A stretch of 64,000 bases of DNA from an uncultured delta proteobacterium. GTDB lineage: Bacteria; Desulfobacterota; Syntrophia; Syntrophales; Smithellaceae. The stretch is from the NCBI GenBank assembly GCA_963753975.1, contig CAVWEH010000002.1, positions 192,001 to 256,000 of the forward strand. Direction: 5' to 3'. The stretch's first letter is position 1, and each line of letters starts with the position of its first letter. The position numbers and the translations under genes were made by a program. Positions 19,599-30,167 of the stretch are shown in pieces. The notes beneath the pieces were generated by a model that saw nothing but the letters and a program-made list of their open reading frames with translations, had not been told where the DNA came from and ran no database searches.

Positions 19599-20648
19599 AT
19601 GGCAACTAAGACCACATACAAGTCGGCGGGCGTGGATATCGATGCCGCCAACGAATTCGTAGACCTCATTAAACCGCTGATCAAAACTACCGCGCGCAAG
19701 GAAGTTCTTTCAGGTATCGGCGGTTTCAGCGGACTTTTCCATCTGGATTCGGCAAGACTAAAAGATCCGATATTAGTTTCCTCCACTGACGGTGTGGGCA
19801 CCAAACTAAAAATAGCCCAATTAGTGGATAAGCACGACACCATCGGGATTGACCTCGTGGCGATGTCCGTAAACGACGTGGTGGTTCAGGGAGCCGAACC
19901 GTTGTTCTTCCTTGATTATCTCTCCACGGGCAAAATAGACGTGGAAAAAAGCGTGCAAATCGTCGCCGGCATTGTTCAGGGTTGCCTTCAGGCCGGCTGT
20001 ACCCTTTTGGGCGGAGAAACCGCCGAAATGCCCGGTTTTTATAAATCCGGTGAATACGACCTCGCCGGTTTTTGTGTCGGTGCAGTGGAATCCGATAAAT
20101 TAATCGACGGCTCAACTATCAGCATTAACGACCGCGTTATCGGGCTTGCGTCGAGCGGCCTCCATAGTAACGGATTTTCTTTGGCCCGGAAAGTTCTGCT
20201 GGAAAAAGGCAAATTGACTGTTAAGGATAAAGTTCCAGGTTTGAACAAAACAATAGGCTTGGAACTTTTAGAACCGACACGAATTTATGTTAAATCTCTT
20301 CTTAATCTTTTTAAAAGCTTCAATATCAAAGGTATGGTCCATATCACCGGCGGCGGCTTTTACGACAATATTCCACGCATAATTCCTAGTTCCTGCCGGT
20401 GTGTTATTGACAAAAAGAGTTGGGATGTTCCGCCCTTTTTTGATGTTATAAGGGAAATGGGTAATATCGAAGAAAGAGAAATGTTTCGGGTATTTAATAT
20501 GGGCATAGGTATGATGATCATCGTTGCGGAAAAAGAATGCCAAGCAATTCTGGAACAACTAAAAATGACGGCGCTGGGCGAAAAAGCGTACTTAATCGGT
20601 GCCGTCGAAAAAAGAGAAGATAGTCAAGATCAAGTTTGTCTTACTTAG
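19599..20648 (+). CDS. purM: Phosphoribosylformylglycinamidine cyclo-ligase
   Basis: YKSAGVDI, TDGVGTK, GGETAEMPG, SSGLHSNGFS, HITGGG. Confidence 0.97.
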   Translation: MATKTTYKSAGVDIDAANEFVDLIKPLIKTTARKEVLSGIGGFSGLFHLDSARLKDPILVSSTDGVGTKLKIAQLVDKHDTIGIDLVAMSVNDVVVQGAEPLFFLDYLSTGKIDVEKSVQIVAGIVQGCLQAGCTLLGGETAEMPGFYKSGEYDLAGFCVGAVESDKLIDGSTISINDRVIGLASSGLHSNGFSLARKVLLEKGKLTVKDKVPGLNKTIGLELLEPTRIYVKSLLNLFKSFNIKGMVHITGGGFYDNIPRIIPSSCRCVIDKKSWDVPPFFDVIREMGNIEEREMFRVFNMGIGMMIIVAEKECQAILEQLKMTALGEKAYLIGAVEKREDSQDQVCLT

Positions 20649-20960
20649 TGAAACTCCAATTCCGAAAGCGAAACGCATAACCTAATAACCCTGAAGGTCA
20701 TATGAGATCATACATCGGAATTGGTAAGTTGTAATGAGACCCAAGTTTCAGAAACAAAGTAAATAACCTAAATGTCACTGCCGCTGAAGCTTGTAGGTCG
20801 AATCAATGAAACTGGCTGAAAACGAATGAAATGAAGTTGAAGTTTGAAGTGGCGGTTGAATTGATCCCACAAAGCGGAGGGTAGTAAAACTCAAATTTTA
20901 AGAACGAAGTGAATTAAAATTTGTTAGTTGAACTATCCCGTATAAGCAGGGGTGGAATAC
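20644..20960. repeat. Cluster of nested palindromic REP/MITE-like elements (family B)
   Basis: 20644-20672 is a 29/29 reverse-complement match to 55366-55394; 20732-20760 is a 28/29 reverse-complement match to 28715-28743; 20870-20955 resembles 55318-55392 and 41522-41594. Confidence 0.8.
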
Positions 20961-21011
20961 TTTCAGCTTGTTTTGGGATCTATACCCGTGATGAAAATTA
21001 GGAAATGATAC

Positions 21012-21677
21012 ATGGCTGATTTATTGAAATTGGGAGTTTTAATCTCCGGAAACGGCTCCAATCTCCAGTCAATTATCGATCATATCGAAAAAGGCTCGTT
21101 AAAAGCAGTTATAAAAATTGTTGTCAGTAACAATCCCGATGCATTGGGGATAACCAGAGCAAAAAAACACGGCATTCAGGTTACTGTTTTAAAAAATGCG
21201 GATTTTAAGTCCAAAGAGGATTTTGATTCCGAATTAATAAAAATCATGAAGAAAAATGACGTGGATTTGGTAATTTTGGCCGGTTTTACTCGCATTCTTA
21301 CCCCTTTTTTTTTGCAAGTCTTTACTCAAAAAATCATGAATATCCACCCTGCCCTGCTTCCGTCTTTTCCTGGATTGCATGGGCAAAAACAGGCCTTTGA
21401 CTACGGCGTTAAATTTACCGGCTGTACAGTGCATTTTGTCGATGAAGGCGTGGACACAGGTCCAATTATTATTCAAAGCGTTGTGCCTGTATATGACGAT
21501 GATACTGAAGAAATACTGGCAGCAAGAATATTAAAGGAAGAACATCGGATTTATCCGCAGGCTATTCAGTTTTACGCTGAAGGCAGGCTGGAGATAAAAG
21601 ATCGTAAAGTGAAGCTTAAATCTACAAAAAAATATTCTTCCCCTTCGCTTTCCAATCCGCCTTCGACGGGTTTCTGA
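21012..21677 (+). CDS. purN: Phosphoribosylglycinamide formyltransferase
   Basis: LISGNGSNLQ, NIHPALLPSFPG, GCTVHFVDEGVDTGPII. Confidence 0.97.
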   Translation: MADLLKLGVLISGNGSNLQSIIDHIEKGSLKAVIKIVVSNNPDALGITRAKKHGIQVTVLKNADFKSKEDFDSELIKIMKKNDVDLVILAGFTRILTPFFLQVFTQKIMNIHPALLPSFPGLHGQKQAFDYGVKFTGCTVHFVDEGVDTGPIIIQSVVPVYDDDTEEILAARILKEEHRIYPQAIQFYAEGRLEIKDRKVKLKSTKKYSSPSLSNPPSTGF

Positions 21678-21723
21678 TGATGATAATCGAAAAATAATTG
21701 CATATGAGGGAATAAAATAATTT

Positions 21724-23163
21724 ATGTATGATTTAATTGTGATTGGCGACGACCTTTCGTCTTTCATTGCCGCGGCTGTTGCATCTCACTGGGGACTAAG
21801 CACCGTACATATTGCACAAAACGATAGCTCAGTAAAAAATGCGATTGACGGTTACGCGTTTAATATCGATCCGACGTTTTTAACCGGCTTCGGCACTAAT
21901 CAAGCAGGCCTTTCTCTTTTGACTGAACTGAATATCCCTTTGACAGAAGAAGATGTCTCTTTATTAAATCCTGCTTATCAAATAATATTACCGGAGCACA
22001 GGATTGATTTTTTCGATGACAAAGATTCGCTCGTTGCTGAAATTGTTCGTGAATTTCCTGAAATTTCAAAGGAAATCAATAACTTTTACGATATAGTTAT
22101 AAGAAATTCCGCCGCCTTTACTAAATGGCTTCAAGATCATCCGTTCATCCAGCCGAAAAGCATAAAAGATTATTATAACTATCTAAAATTCATTCCTCTT
22201 TTATTAAGATTTAAGCTTGATGCCAGGAAATTTGAGCGGACAATTTTGCGCAATCCTTCCTTTAAAAAAATTATGGAGGCGCAATATGTTTTGCTTTCCT
22301 GCGCCAAAGACGGCTATGGTTCTTTTACTTCGCATTTTCATTATTCTGCTCCTCTGCGCGGCGTTTATCACTTCCCACAAGGCAGACAGACACTTTTTAA
22401 ATTGTTAACAAAAAAAATGCAAGCCATCGACGGTTTGTATCTCGATAATAATAAATTTATCACGATTAAAACAGGCAAAATAATTGAAGCTGAAGTTGAA
22501 AACAACGCCGGCACCATTTCCACTATCTCCGCTAAATACATGATTATCAGTACTAAATCTGAAGAAATGTGCTTTTATCTTAAAGGAAAAAAGAAAATTA
22601 GTATCGCTAAACTGACCAAGCCAGTTAAAATTTCTCATTATCCTTTTACAATCCATTTGGGCATTCCGCAAAAATGTATTCCCGAAAAAATGGCAAGACA
22701 TGCCGCCGTAATATCCAGTGCAGATAAAGATATTTACGATAATAATTTAATCCTCTTGGAATCAAATAATTCTCCTGCAGGGAAAAAAGGTTCTGCCGAT
22801 AAAAGAATGCTGACGGCAACTGTTTTTCTGCCTAATGATTCTACTGTCTGGTCGAAAGAAAATTTAGCAGCGCAAGCTCAATCTATAATCGAGCGCCTGG
22901 AGTTTTTCCTGCCTTTCTTGAAAGAAAACATTAAATTCATTGATATAGATAAATCAATCGATATTTCAATCAAATACCGCAATACAGTTAATCCAAAATA
23001 TATACCGGAAAAATCTTCCCTTACCGGCTTTTGTACAAAAAAAAATAAAGTGCGTAGAAATATTTTCCTTACCGATGCTTCTTTATTAACGGATGCAGGC
23101 GCTGACGGCGAAATCATTTCCGGCCTGCTTGCCGTATACAGAGTACTTGATAAAAGGAAATAA
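21724..23163 (+). CDS. Phytoene-desaturase-like FAD-dependent oxidoreductase homologue with degenerate FAD motif
   Basis: YDLIVIG start, GYAF.IDP.FLTG and YH.PQGR..L...L patterns; GxGxxG is replaced by GDDLSS. Confidence 0.6.
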   Translation: MYDLIVIGDDLSSFIAAAVASHWGLSTVHIAQNDSSVKNAIDGYAFNIDPTFLTGFGTNQAGLSLLTELNIPLTEEDVSLLNPAYQIILPEHRIDFFDDKDSLVAEIVREFPEISKEINNFYDIVIRNSAAFTKWLQDHPFIQPKSIKDYYNYLKFIPLLLRFKLDARKFERTILRNPSFKKIMEAQYVLLSCAKDGYGSFTSHFHYSAPLRGVYHFPQGRQTLFKLLTKKMQAIDGLYLDNNKFITIKTGKIIEAEVENNAGTISTISAKYMIISTKSEEMCFYLKGKKKISIAKLTKPVKISHYPFTIHLGIPQKCIPEKMARHAAVISSADKDIYDNNLILLESNNSPAGKKGSADKRMLTATVFLPNDSTVWSKENLAAQAQSIIERLEFFLPFLKENIKFIDIDKSIDISIKYRNTVNPKYIPEKSSLTGFCTKKNKVRRNIFLTDASLLTDAGADGEIISGLLAVYRVLDKRK

Positions 23164-23166
23164 TTT

Positions 23167-24468
23167 ATGAATTATAATTTTTCTATCAAGAATCTGGGTG
23201 AATGCCTGATTAAATCCCCGCTGAATATCAGCAATTTTACGCAAGATAGGAAAAGATTATTGTTTAACTCCTATTCCGATGACTTTTCATCTTTTTTGGA
23301 TGAAGAAGGGAAACCCCTCTCCGTGGAACTTGCCGGGCCGAGAGCTAAAATTTTTTTTGATCCAGATCAAACAAAAGCGGCAATTGTAACGTGCGGTGGC
23401 CTTTGCCCGGGTATCAATGATGTAATCAGATCAATTACCATGACTCTTTTTCATCACTATCGCGTCAAAGATATTTTCGGAGTTAAATACGGGTTAAGGG
23501 GATTAAACCCGATATATGGACACGAGTTAATAGAATTAACTCCCGATATTGTCAAAGATATAACCAGTATCGGCGGCAGTATCCTTTCAACTTCACGTGG
23601 TCCTCAAGATTCAGTTCAAATAATAAACTCTCTTGCGGAGTCAAAAATCTGCATTCTTTTTTGCGTAGGCGGCGATGGTACCATGCGGGCTGCTGCGCAA
23701 TTAACCGATCTAATTACAGAAAAAAAATTAAAAATATCAATTGTCGGTATCCCTAAAACAATCGACAACGATCTGGATTTAATCGATAAATCGTTCGGCT
23801 TTGATACAGCTATAGAAAAAACCGTAGAAGCTATAAAATGCGCTCATGTGGAAGCCAAAGGTTCCTTCCACGGCATTGGTTTGATCAAAATTATGGGACG
23901 TCTTTCCGGGCATATAGCCGCTCACTCCGCACTGGCCCAAAATGACGTTAATTTTGTTTTAATTCCCGAAGTGCCTTTTGATCTGGAAGGTGAAAAAGGA
24001 TTTTTGAAAGCTCTGGAGGAGCGTATAAAATCGAGCGGTCATGCCGTGGTTTTAGTGGCGGAAGGCGCTGGTCAAACTCTTCTTGGAATGAACGCTTCTA
24101 CTCCGGAAAAAGATGCTTCGGGAAATATTCGTTTGTTCGATATCGGACATTTTTTGAAAAATTCTATAGAGGATTATTTCAATAAAATCAACATGGAAAT
24201 TAATTTGAAATACATCGAACCAAGCTATCTAATCCGCTCCGTCCCCGCCGATGCTTCGGACAGTATTTATTGCAGTTCACTTGGACAATACGCGGTACAT
24301 GCCGGTATGGCCGGTAAAACCGGCCTTTTGGTGGCGCTGCGAAAAGATGAATACGTACATTTACCTCTTAGTGCAGCAAGTTCAAACCGTAAAATAGATC
24401 TCCAAGGCAATGTCTGGTTGCGCGTATTGGAAACTACGGGACAGCCTTCAGCAATGACAAATTGCTAG
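23167..24468 (+). CDS. pfkA: 6-phosphofructokinase (ATP-dependent, long group)
   Basis: IVTCGGLCPGIN, GGDGT, GIPKTIDND, MGR.SG.IA, VAEGAGQ. Confidence 0.92.
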   Translation: MNYNFSIKNLGECLIKSPLNISNFTQDRKRLLFNSYSDDFSSFLDEEGKPLSVELAGPRAKIFFDPDQTKAAIVTCGGLCPGINDVIRSITMTLFHHYRVKDIFGVKYGLRGLNPIYGHELIELTPDIVKDITSIGGSILSTSRGPQDSVQIINSLAESKICILFCVGGDGTMRAAAQLTDLITEKKLKISIVGIPKTIDNDLDLIDKSFGFDTAIEKTVEAIKCAHVEAKGSFHGIGLIKIMGRLSGHIAAHSALAQNDVNFVLIPEVPFDLEGEKGFLKALEERIKSSGHAVVLVAEGAGQTLLGMNASTPEKDASGNIRLFDIGHFLKNSIEDYFNKINMEINLKYIEPSYLIRSVPADASDSIYCSSLGQYAVHAGMAGKTGLLVALRKDEYVHLPLSAASSNRKIDLQGNVWLRVLETTGQPSAMTNC

Positions 24469-24576
24469 TTTTACACCTTTTTAATAATTAATGAAAAAAT
24501 GAACTATGGAAATAATGCTTGCAAAATATTGCCTTATGTTCTAGTAACGACGCAGTTTTTTGAGGAGGATTTATTA

Positions 24577-24774
24577 ATGTCTCGTGTTTGTGATGTATGC
24601 GGTAAAAAACCGGCTATCGGCAATAGAGTCAGCCATGCTAACAATAAGACAAAAACAGTGTGGTATCCCAATTTACAAAGATTACGTTGCGTGGACAAAA
24701 AAAACGGATCGGTAAAAAAAATAAAAGTCTGCACACGCTGCATTCGCTCCGGATTTGTTAAAAAAGCTATGTGA
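24577..24774 (+). CDS. rpmB: 50S ribosomal protein L28 (zinc-ribbon form)
   Basis: [10 protein letters not shown]...[11 protein letters not shown]...PNLQ...CTRC; GAGGAGG RBS. Confidence 0.95.
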   Translation: MSRVCDVCGKKPAIGNRVSHANNKTKTVWYPNLQRLRCVDKKNGSVKKIKVCTRCIRSGFVKKAM

Positions 24775-25564
24775 GGAGTGGCGACCAGCCATAATTCTTT
24801 ATAGTTTGAGCGGTTTCTTGAAGAAATAACTCATCATCTTCATCAATTAGATTTTTTGCTTGCAGAAATAAATTTTTAACGCCTTCATGAAGTAATTGAT
24901 CACTGTTTTGTGAGCCGAATTTGTTTGTATAAAGACGAACTCTTCCTTCAATATTCATAATGCGCTCCATTTTTTCCTTTGTTATATAGAAGGAAGCATC
25001 TTTTATCACTTCTTTAATTTTATCTTCTCCGATAGCATAAAGCCGGTTGAGTGTAGCAGTAAACTCATCAATTTTATTTTTTGCCGTGAAGTTTATCGCC
25101 TCCGCCAAAAGATCAATGGTTTTAAGTGAATTGATTTGATTCAAGATGACAAGATCATAAATCATTTCGATGATCAAATGGGAACGGTAAGCCGCTTCAT
25201 TGTAAGAAATTCCGTTTTTAATAGTATTATATAATTTCAAAATAGAATTGATCAGAGGTTTTCCTTTGGTATAGGAATAGCCTTGGGAATGGGGATCGAA
25301 TTCCTCCTTGTATTCCTGGCAAATGTATCCGTAATGAGCAAGGTCATCGACTAGAAGATGAAATATTACATACGAGGATCGGGGATAGCCTGCCGGAATT
25401 TGCAGAGTTCTTTTTATACTGTGAGTTTGGGAGGAGCTTATTTGCGGGTGTATAGTCAATAAATCCGGCACAATATTATAAATATAAACATCCAAATTTT
25501 TGTTTTCCATATCTGCCGAACCCAAAACCTTCTGCAAAAGATATGTGTGGGTTAGCATCAGCAT
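24767..25564 (-). CDS. Hypothetical protein, possibly zinc-dependent phospholipase C / P1 nuclease fold
   Basis: N-terminal [12 protein letters not shown] and HLIIEM.YD spacing of potential metal ligands. Confidence 0.5.
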   Translation of the reverse strand: MLMLTHTYLLQKVLGSADMENKNLDVYIYNIVPDLLTIHPQISSSQTHSIKRTLQIPAGYPRSSYVIFHLLVDDLAHYGYICQEYKEEFDPHSQGYSYTKGKPLINSILKLYNTIKNGISYNEAAYRSHLIIEMIYDLVILNQINSLKTIDLLAEAINFTAKNKIDEFTATLNRLYAIGEDKIKEVIKDASFYITKEKMERIMNIEGRVRLYTNKFGSQNSDQLLHEGVKNLFLQAKNLIDEDDELFLQETAQTIKNYGWSPLLT

Positions 25565-25601
25565 AAATTATTTTCCTTTTTACAATTAGTGGAGCCCCCC
25601 T

Positions 25602-26044
25602 CCGGTCGCAGATGACCTTTAGGTTACTGGAGCCGAGGGATTACAAGTCGCGGGATTGATTTCTACGATTTTATATTTATTCTTTAAAGCATCAATGAGG
25701 CCGTTAATGTCCGAAACAAAATCAGGCATGATTGAAATTTTTATTATTGCGGCGTGCGGATCAACCGTTGATACCGTAGCCATTCCTTCATAGCCTTCGA
25801 CAATATACTGTACAATGGCAATATTATGACGATTTAATTTATATAATTTGCTTATCATCTCCAACACGCCTTACCACTGATCTCTTTAAAGATCAAGATT
25901 AACGGCCAAGTGGAGCCTCCGGTCGCAGATGACCTTTAGGTTACAGGAGCCGAGCCGGAGGCTCCCTAAAACAACGCGACCTCCCGCGGGTCACGGCGCT
26001 TTCCTACCCCGGTCGCAGATGACCTTTAGGTTACTGTAGCCGAG
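25602..26044. repeat. Three copies of a 36-bp direct repeat CCGGTCGCAGATGACCTTTAGGTTACWGKAGCCGAG
   Basis: Copies at 25602-25637, 25919-25954 and 26009-26044; internal TGACCT-TT-AGGTTA hairpin. Confidence 0.9.
25619..25867 (-). CDS. DUF4911-like small protein
   Basis: I...QYIVEGYEGMATVSTVD pattern; the C-terminus runs into repeat copy 1. Confidence 0.7.
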   Translation of the reverse strand: MLEMISKLYKLNRHNIAIVQYIVEGYEGMATVSTVDPHAAIIKISIMPDFVSDINGLIDALKNKYKIVEINPATCNPSAPVT

Positions 26045-26114
26045 AAATTCCCAGTCGCGGGATTGACGCAGGCAGATAAACACTGTATAATTAATAAGAA
26101 ACATGGGGCGATAT

Positions 26115-26246
26115 ATGCGCATCGGCAGAATTATACTAATCTTTTTATCCTTATTTGTTTTATCTTGCCAGGCTACCAATTCCAATATCAGAAGCATTAG
26201 TGCCGGTGATGTCAATACATATTTAAGGCAGGCACCCCAAATTTAG
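26115..26246 (+). pseudogene. Short or truncated lipoprotein ORF
   Basis: MRIGRIILIFLSLFVLSC lipobox signal peptide; stops after 43 aa. Confidence 0.45.
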
Positions 26247-26479
26247 AACGCATCAAAATATCCACTGAACGAGGGCGGCATTTCGCCTCCAAAACAATTT
26301 CCTATTATAGTTAAGTTGAAAGGTTCTATGAAAAATCGGGTACAAAAACTGGATGAAAATCTAATGGTATTATCGAACATTATTCAAAAACATAATTTGG
26401 GAAAAAGTGATGCCAGCTTGACATTAAACCCGGCATTGATATGATACATGGAGAAGAAAATTAAGATGAAGACAAAAAA

Positions 26480-28253
26480 ATGACGCTACCCAAACAACTG
26501 CCGACAACTCAATGGAAATTGAAAGAATCCGTCAACAAAGATATAGAAGATTCTTTGAGTAAAGAATTTGGCATTTATCCGATCATATCTCAAATTCTGG
26601 CCAACAGGGAAATTCTGGATATGGAAGGCGCCCGCCGCTATCTCTACCCTTCTTTAAATGATCTGTATAGTCCTCTTTTGATGAAAGATATGAAGAAGGG
26701 CGTTTCGCGTCTCTTGAAAGCGATCTACGAACACGAAAAAATAGTTATTTATGGCGATTATGATGCCGACGGGATAACTTCCGTTGTCATCCTTTTCAAG
26801 TTTATCCGGCAAATAACGCCTGATGTATCTTATTATATTCCGGACAGAGTACAAGAAGGTTACGGCTTAAAAATACCTGTAATCGACAAGTTTAAAAGCA
26901 ATAATGTCCGTTTGATTATTACCGTTGATTGCGGTATTTCCGATGCGGAACAAATTGCCTATGCTCAATCAATCGGCATCGATACGATTGTTCTGGATCA
27001 CCATGAAATATCAGGAGCACTTCCTCCCGCTGTCGCTTCCATAAATCCAAATCGCGAAGACTGTCTTTTCCCTTTCAAACATCTGGCCGGCGTGGGCATT
27101 GCCTATAACTTTCTCATCGCCCTGCGCGGCAGCCTCCGCAAGGAAGGATTCTGGAAAAACGAAGATTATCCCAATTTAAAAGATTATCTCGACATTGTCG
27201 CTTTGGGGACTATCGGCGACATCGCGCCGCTTATTGATGAAAACAGAATTTTCGCCAAAATCGGTTTGGAACTGATTACCGAAGGAAAGCGTCCGGGAAT
27301 CAAAGCTCTCAAAGAAGTCAGCGGCGTTGACGGTCAGACAATCGATTCTTTTAAAGCTTCTTTTTGTCTCATTCCCCGCATTAATGCCGCCGGCCGTATC
27401 GCCTCTCCTCTGGATGCGGTCGAATTACTATTGACGGAAAATATGGACGAGGCAAGAATGTTGGCGGAAAAACTGGATGGATATAACCGCCAGCGGCAAT
27501 CAATAGAAAAAAATATTCTAAATGAAATTCTTGAAAAAATCGGCAATATCCCCGATATAGAAAAAATGAACTCGCTGGTTTTTGCGTCCGATAAATGGCA
27601 TCCGGGCGTGGTCGGCATTGTCGCTTCGCGTCTGGTCGATCTTTTCAGCCGTCCGGCATTTGTTATCAGTTTGAATAAACGGTGTGGGCAAAGGCTCCGG
27701 CAGAAGTGTTTCGGATTTTAATATTTATAAAGGAATTCAGCAATGCGCCTCTCTTTTGCTCTCATACGGCGGCCATAGCCACGCGGCGGGGATTTCCATC
27801 AAGGAAGACGATATTGATGAATTTGCCAGTCTTTTGGATGAAATAATTCACGATAGTGTTCAATCTCCGGAACTTATTTCCCAAACATTTATTGATTCGG
27901 AATGTCAGCTTTCCGATATCAATCTGAATTTAATCAGCCAGATGGATATGCTCGCGCCATTCGGCAGCAAAAATCCGGAACCGATACTTTGCGCCCGTAA
28001 TATTAAAGTTTCGTCCCCGTCAATAGTCGGCAATAATCATTTAAAAATGAGACTCACGAGCAAAGGTATGTCTTGTGATTCCATTTGGTTTAGTATGGGT
28101 AAATATCTAACGGCACTTACAGGAGCCAACCTTGACGTTGCCTTTACTCCGCAAATTAATTACTGGAACGGCATTTCCGATATTCAGCTAAAAATGAAAG
28201 ACGTTACTATTCTTTCGCAATATCCAAACTTATGTTTTGTTGAGGAGGATTAA
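26480..28253 (+). CDS. recJ: Single-stranded-DNA exonuclease RecJ (frameshift near 27677)
   Basis: YGDYDADG, DHH, PRINAAGR, then GKGSGRS, GGHSHAAG and LAPFG in the second frame. Confidence 0.95.
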
Positions 28254-28255
28254 AT

Positions 28256-28624
28256 ATCAACCCAGCCACTAAAGCAGCACTGTTGAGCGCATTATTATTC
28301 CCCGGCTGGGGACAGTTTTACTTAAAAAAATATAAACGGGGATTAGCATTTCTGCTTCCTGTTGCCGCCGGAACTCTGGCTATTGTCTGGGCAGTGGTTC
28401 AAGTAGCTCTTGCTGTTTTAAAAGCTACTCCTTTCAAAAAAGGCTCCGTTCATTTCAGCGATATAGTCATTCTGACGGTTAATTCCGTCAAGGCGCTTAA
28501 CTTGTTCTACTTAATGTTGATTATAATATTTATGATTCTTCTGTGGGTTTATTCCACTGTTGACGCCTATTTTCTGGGGAAAAAGCAGATTCAGGGTACT
28601 GTTGCCCCCAAAGAATCAATTTGA
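28256..28624 (+). CDS. Small membrane protein (SAL.FPG.GQFY family)
   Basis: AALLSALLFPGWGQFY...W.YS..DAY; GAGGAGG RBS precedes an in-frame ATC at 28256, with an alternative TTG at 28283. Confidence 0.7.
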   Translation: MNPATKAALLSALLFPGWGQFYLKKYKRGLAFLLPVAAGTLAIVWAVVQVALAVLKATPFKKGSVHFSDIVILTVNSVKALNLFYLMLIIIFMILLWVYSTVDAYFLGKKQIQGTVAPKESI

Positions 28625-28654
28625 GTGGACATTGCTTATGACCTTCCGCTCTGA

Positions 28655-28743
28655 GTTTCATTAATCCAGCGTCGCTTTGCTTTGCTGGATAATTCGACCA
28701 GCAAGTTTCAGCGCACTTTGTTTCTGAAACTTGCGTCTCATTA
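28655..28743. repeat. Palindromic REP/MITE-like element (family B)
   Basis: Hairpins ATCCAGC..GCTGGAT and GCAAGTTTCAG..CTGAAACTTGC; similar to 20732-20810 and 41540-41594. Confidence 0.75.
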
Positions 28744-29994
28744 CCACTGACGTTGATCAACAATCATCTTCTCCTCCGGTTTGATTTTACCTTTATCCAC
28801 ATATTCTATTTGATCTACTTTAACGGTACAAATTTCTTTAAATACATTTTTAAAACTTTGTTCCCACTGAGCGCTGCCGATTTCCGGCGCGATCTTTTCG
28901 ATAATAATCTTTAATATATCTTCATGACCTTTACGATTCACAACTGCCTGCAACGGAATATTGTTGAATTTTGCTTGAATCATTTTGAGTTGGCTCGGTG
29001 CCAGAAATAAACCACGGACTTTGACAGCATCACCGACGCGTCCCGTAATTCCTGCGAGCCTGTAAGATGTTCGGCCGCAGGGACAAGGCTCAGTAATCAA
29101 ACGTGATAAATCGCCTGTTCCAAAGCGCAGTAAAAAGAAGATTTCGTTGAGCCGAGTAACCACCACTTCACCCAAGTCTCCGGCATTGACGCTTTTGCCG
29201 GTTGTGGAATCAACAATTTCCACAATAGTTTCTTCGCAAATGTGCCAGCCATTCTTCTGCGAGCATTCATAAGCCACATCGCCAACTTCGGTGGCTCCAT
29301 ACATCTGATAAGTATCGATATCGTATTCATTTTCAAAAGAACGGCGCATGTCCGGAAATAAAGGTTCCGCCGCGAAACAGGCTTTTTTCAGACGAAAATC
29401 CTTCTTGAAATCAAAACCCATCTCTTTTGCTTTGATAATTATTGCCATTAAAAAGCTGGGCGTGCCGACATAAGCCGTTACGCGCAAATCTTTTATTAAT
29501 TGCACTTGAATCTGGGAAGAGGAAGTGCCGGAAGGAACAACCGTCGCGCCAACTTTGCGCAGCCCATTATGAAAAGTGAGTCCTGCAGCTACCAAGTGGT
29601 AGGAAAAGGCGTTCAGAACTATATCGGCAGGACCAATTCCCGCGGCAAAAAAAGCGCGTGCCCACAAATAATCATTTTCGGAAAGATGCGGTTCGTAAAC
29701 AGGCCCCGGGGAAGTGAAAATTCGGTCAATGTGCACGGACGGATTTTCCAGAGAAGCGTAAGGGGCATTCTTTAATTGCAACTCCACTAATTTTTCGCGG
29801 GAAGTAACCGGCAGTTTTTCCAAATCCTCTCTTGTTTTGATGCTCTTGGGATTGATCTTGTTTTGATCCAGTATTGCTTTCAGGCGCGCCGATTTTTTAT
29901 AGCCCAACTTCACCATATTGGCGAGAATCTCATCCTGCCGAGTTTTTCTCTCTTTATTACTCCACGATTCTTTTTTATCGAATAGGCGCTTCAT
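28741..29994 (-). CDS. Phenylacetate-CoA ligase family protein
   Basis: DLEKLPVT, YVGTPSFL, YGATEVG, LLRFGTGDLS, CPCGRT, GRVGDAVKVRG. Confidence 0.85.
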   Translation of the reverse strand: MKRLFDKKESWSNKERKTRQDEILANMVKLGYKKSARLKAILDQNKINPKSIKTREDLEKLPVTSREKLVELQLKNAPYASLENPSVHIDRIFTSPGPVYEPHLSENDYLWARAFFAAGIGPADIVLNAFSYHLVAAGLTFHNGLRKVGATVVPSGTSSSQIQVQLIKDLRVTAYVGTPSFLMAIIIKAKEMGFDFKKDFRLKKACFAAEPLFPDMRRSFENEYDIDTYQMYGATEVGDVAYECSQKNGWHICEETIVEIVDSTTGKSVNAGDLGEVVVTRLNEIFFLLRFGTGDLSRLITEPCPCGRTSYRLAGITGRVGDAVKVRGLFLAPSQLKMIQAKFNNIPLQAVVNRKGHEDILKIIIEKIAPEIGSAQWEQSFKNVFKEICTVKVDQIEYVDKGKIKPEEKMIVDQRQW

Positions 29995-30008
29995 ATATTC
30001 CCTTCCCT

Positions 30009-30131
30009 TACCCTTTTGCTTTCTTTGGCTAACTTTGTTGGCTGCGTCGTCGGCTTCCTCAACGTATTTTCATATACGCCTCCGGTGCCTCCTCCTTGCC
30101 GCCTCGTTATCCTTTGAAATCGAAAGGGTAT
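30009..30131. mobile_element. MITE-like element (family A), complete, TA-flanked
   Basis: Imperfect terminal inverted repeats TACCCTTT.. / ..AAAGGGTA; interior similar to 3490-3657. Confidence 0.7.
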
Positions 30132-30167
30132 TATTTATAATGAATAATTTTTATGTCTCCAGAATAT

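Noticed and set aside
25910..25966. c-di-GMP-I riboswitch (GCCTCCGGTC resemblance)
   Set aside because: The upstream GGCAAACC..GAAA..GGGACGCAAA elements are absent, and the segment is explained by a simple long inverted repeat
25602..26044. 36-bp repeats as a CRISPR array
   Set aside because: Spacing is 281 and 54 bp, one interval holds a gene, the flanks are shared between copies, and no cas genes are in the window
28256..28258. Regulatory non-canonical ATC start codon
   Set aside because: Could be a single-base error or the downstream TTG may be used; cannot be supported given the error rate of this assembly
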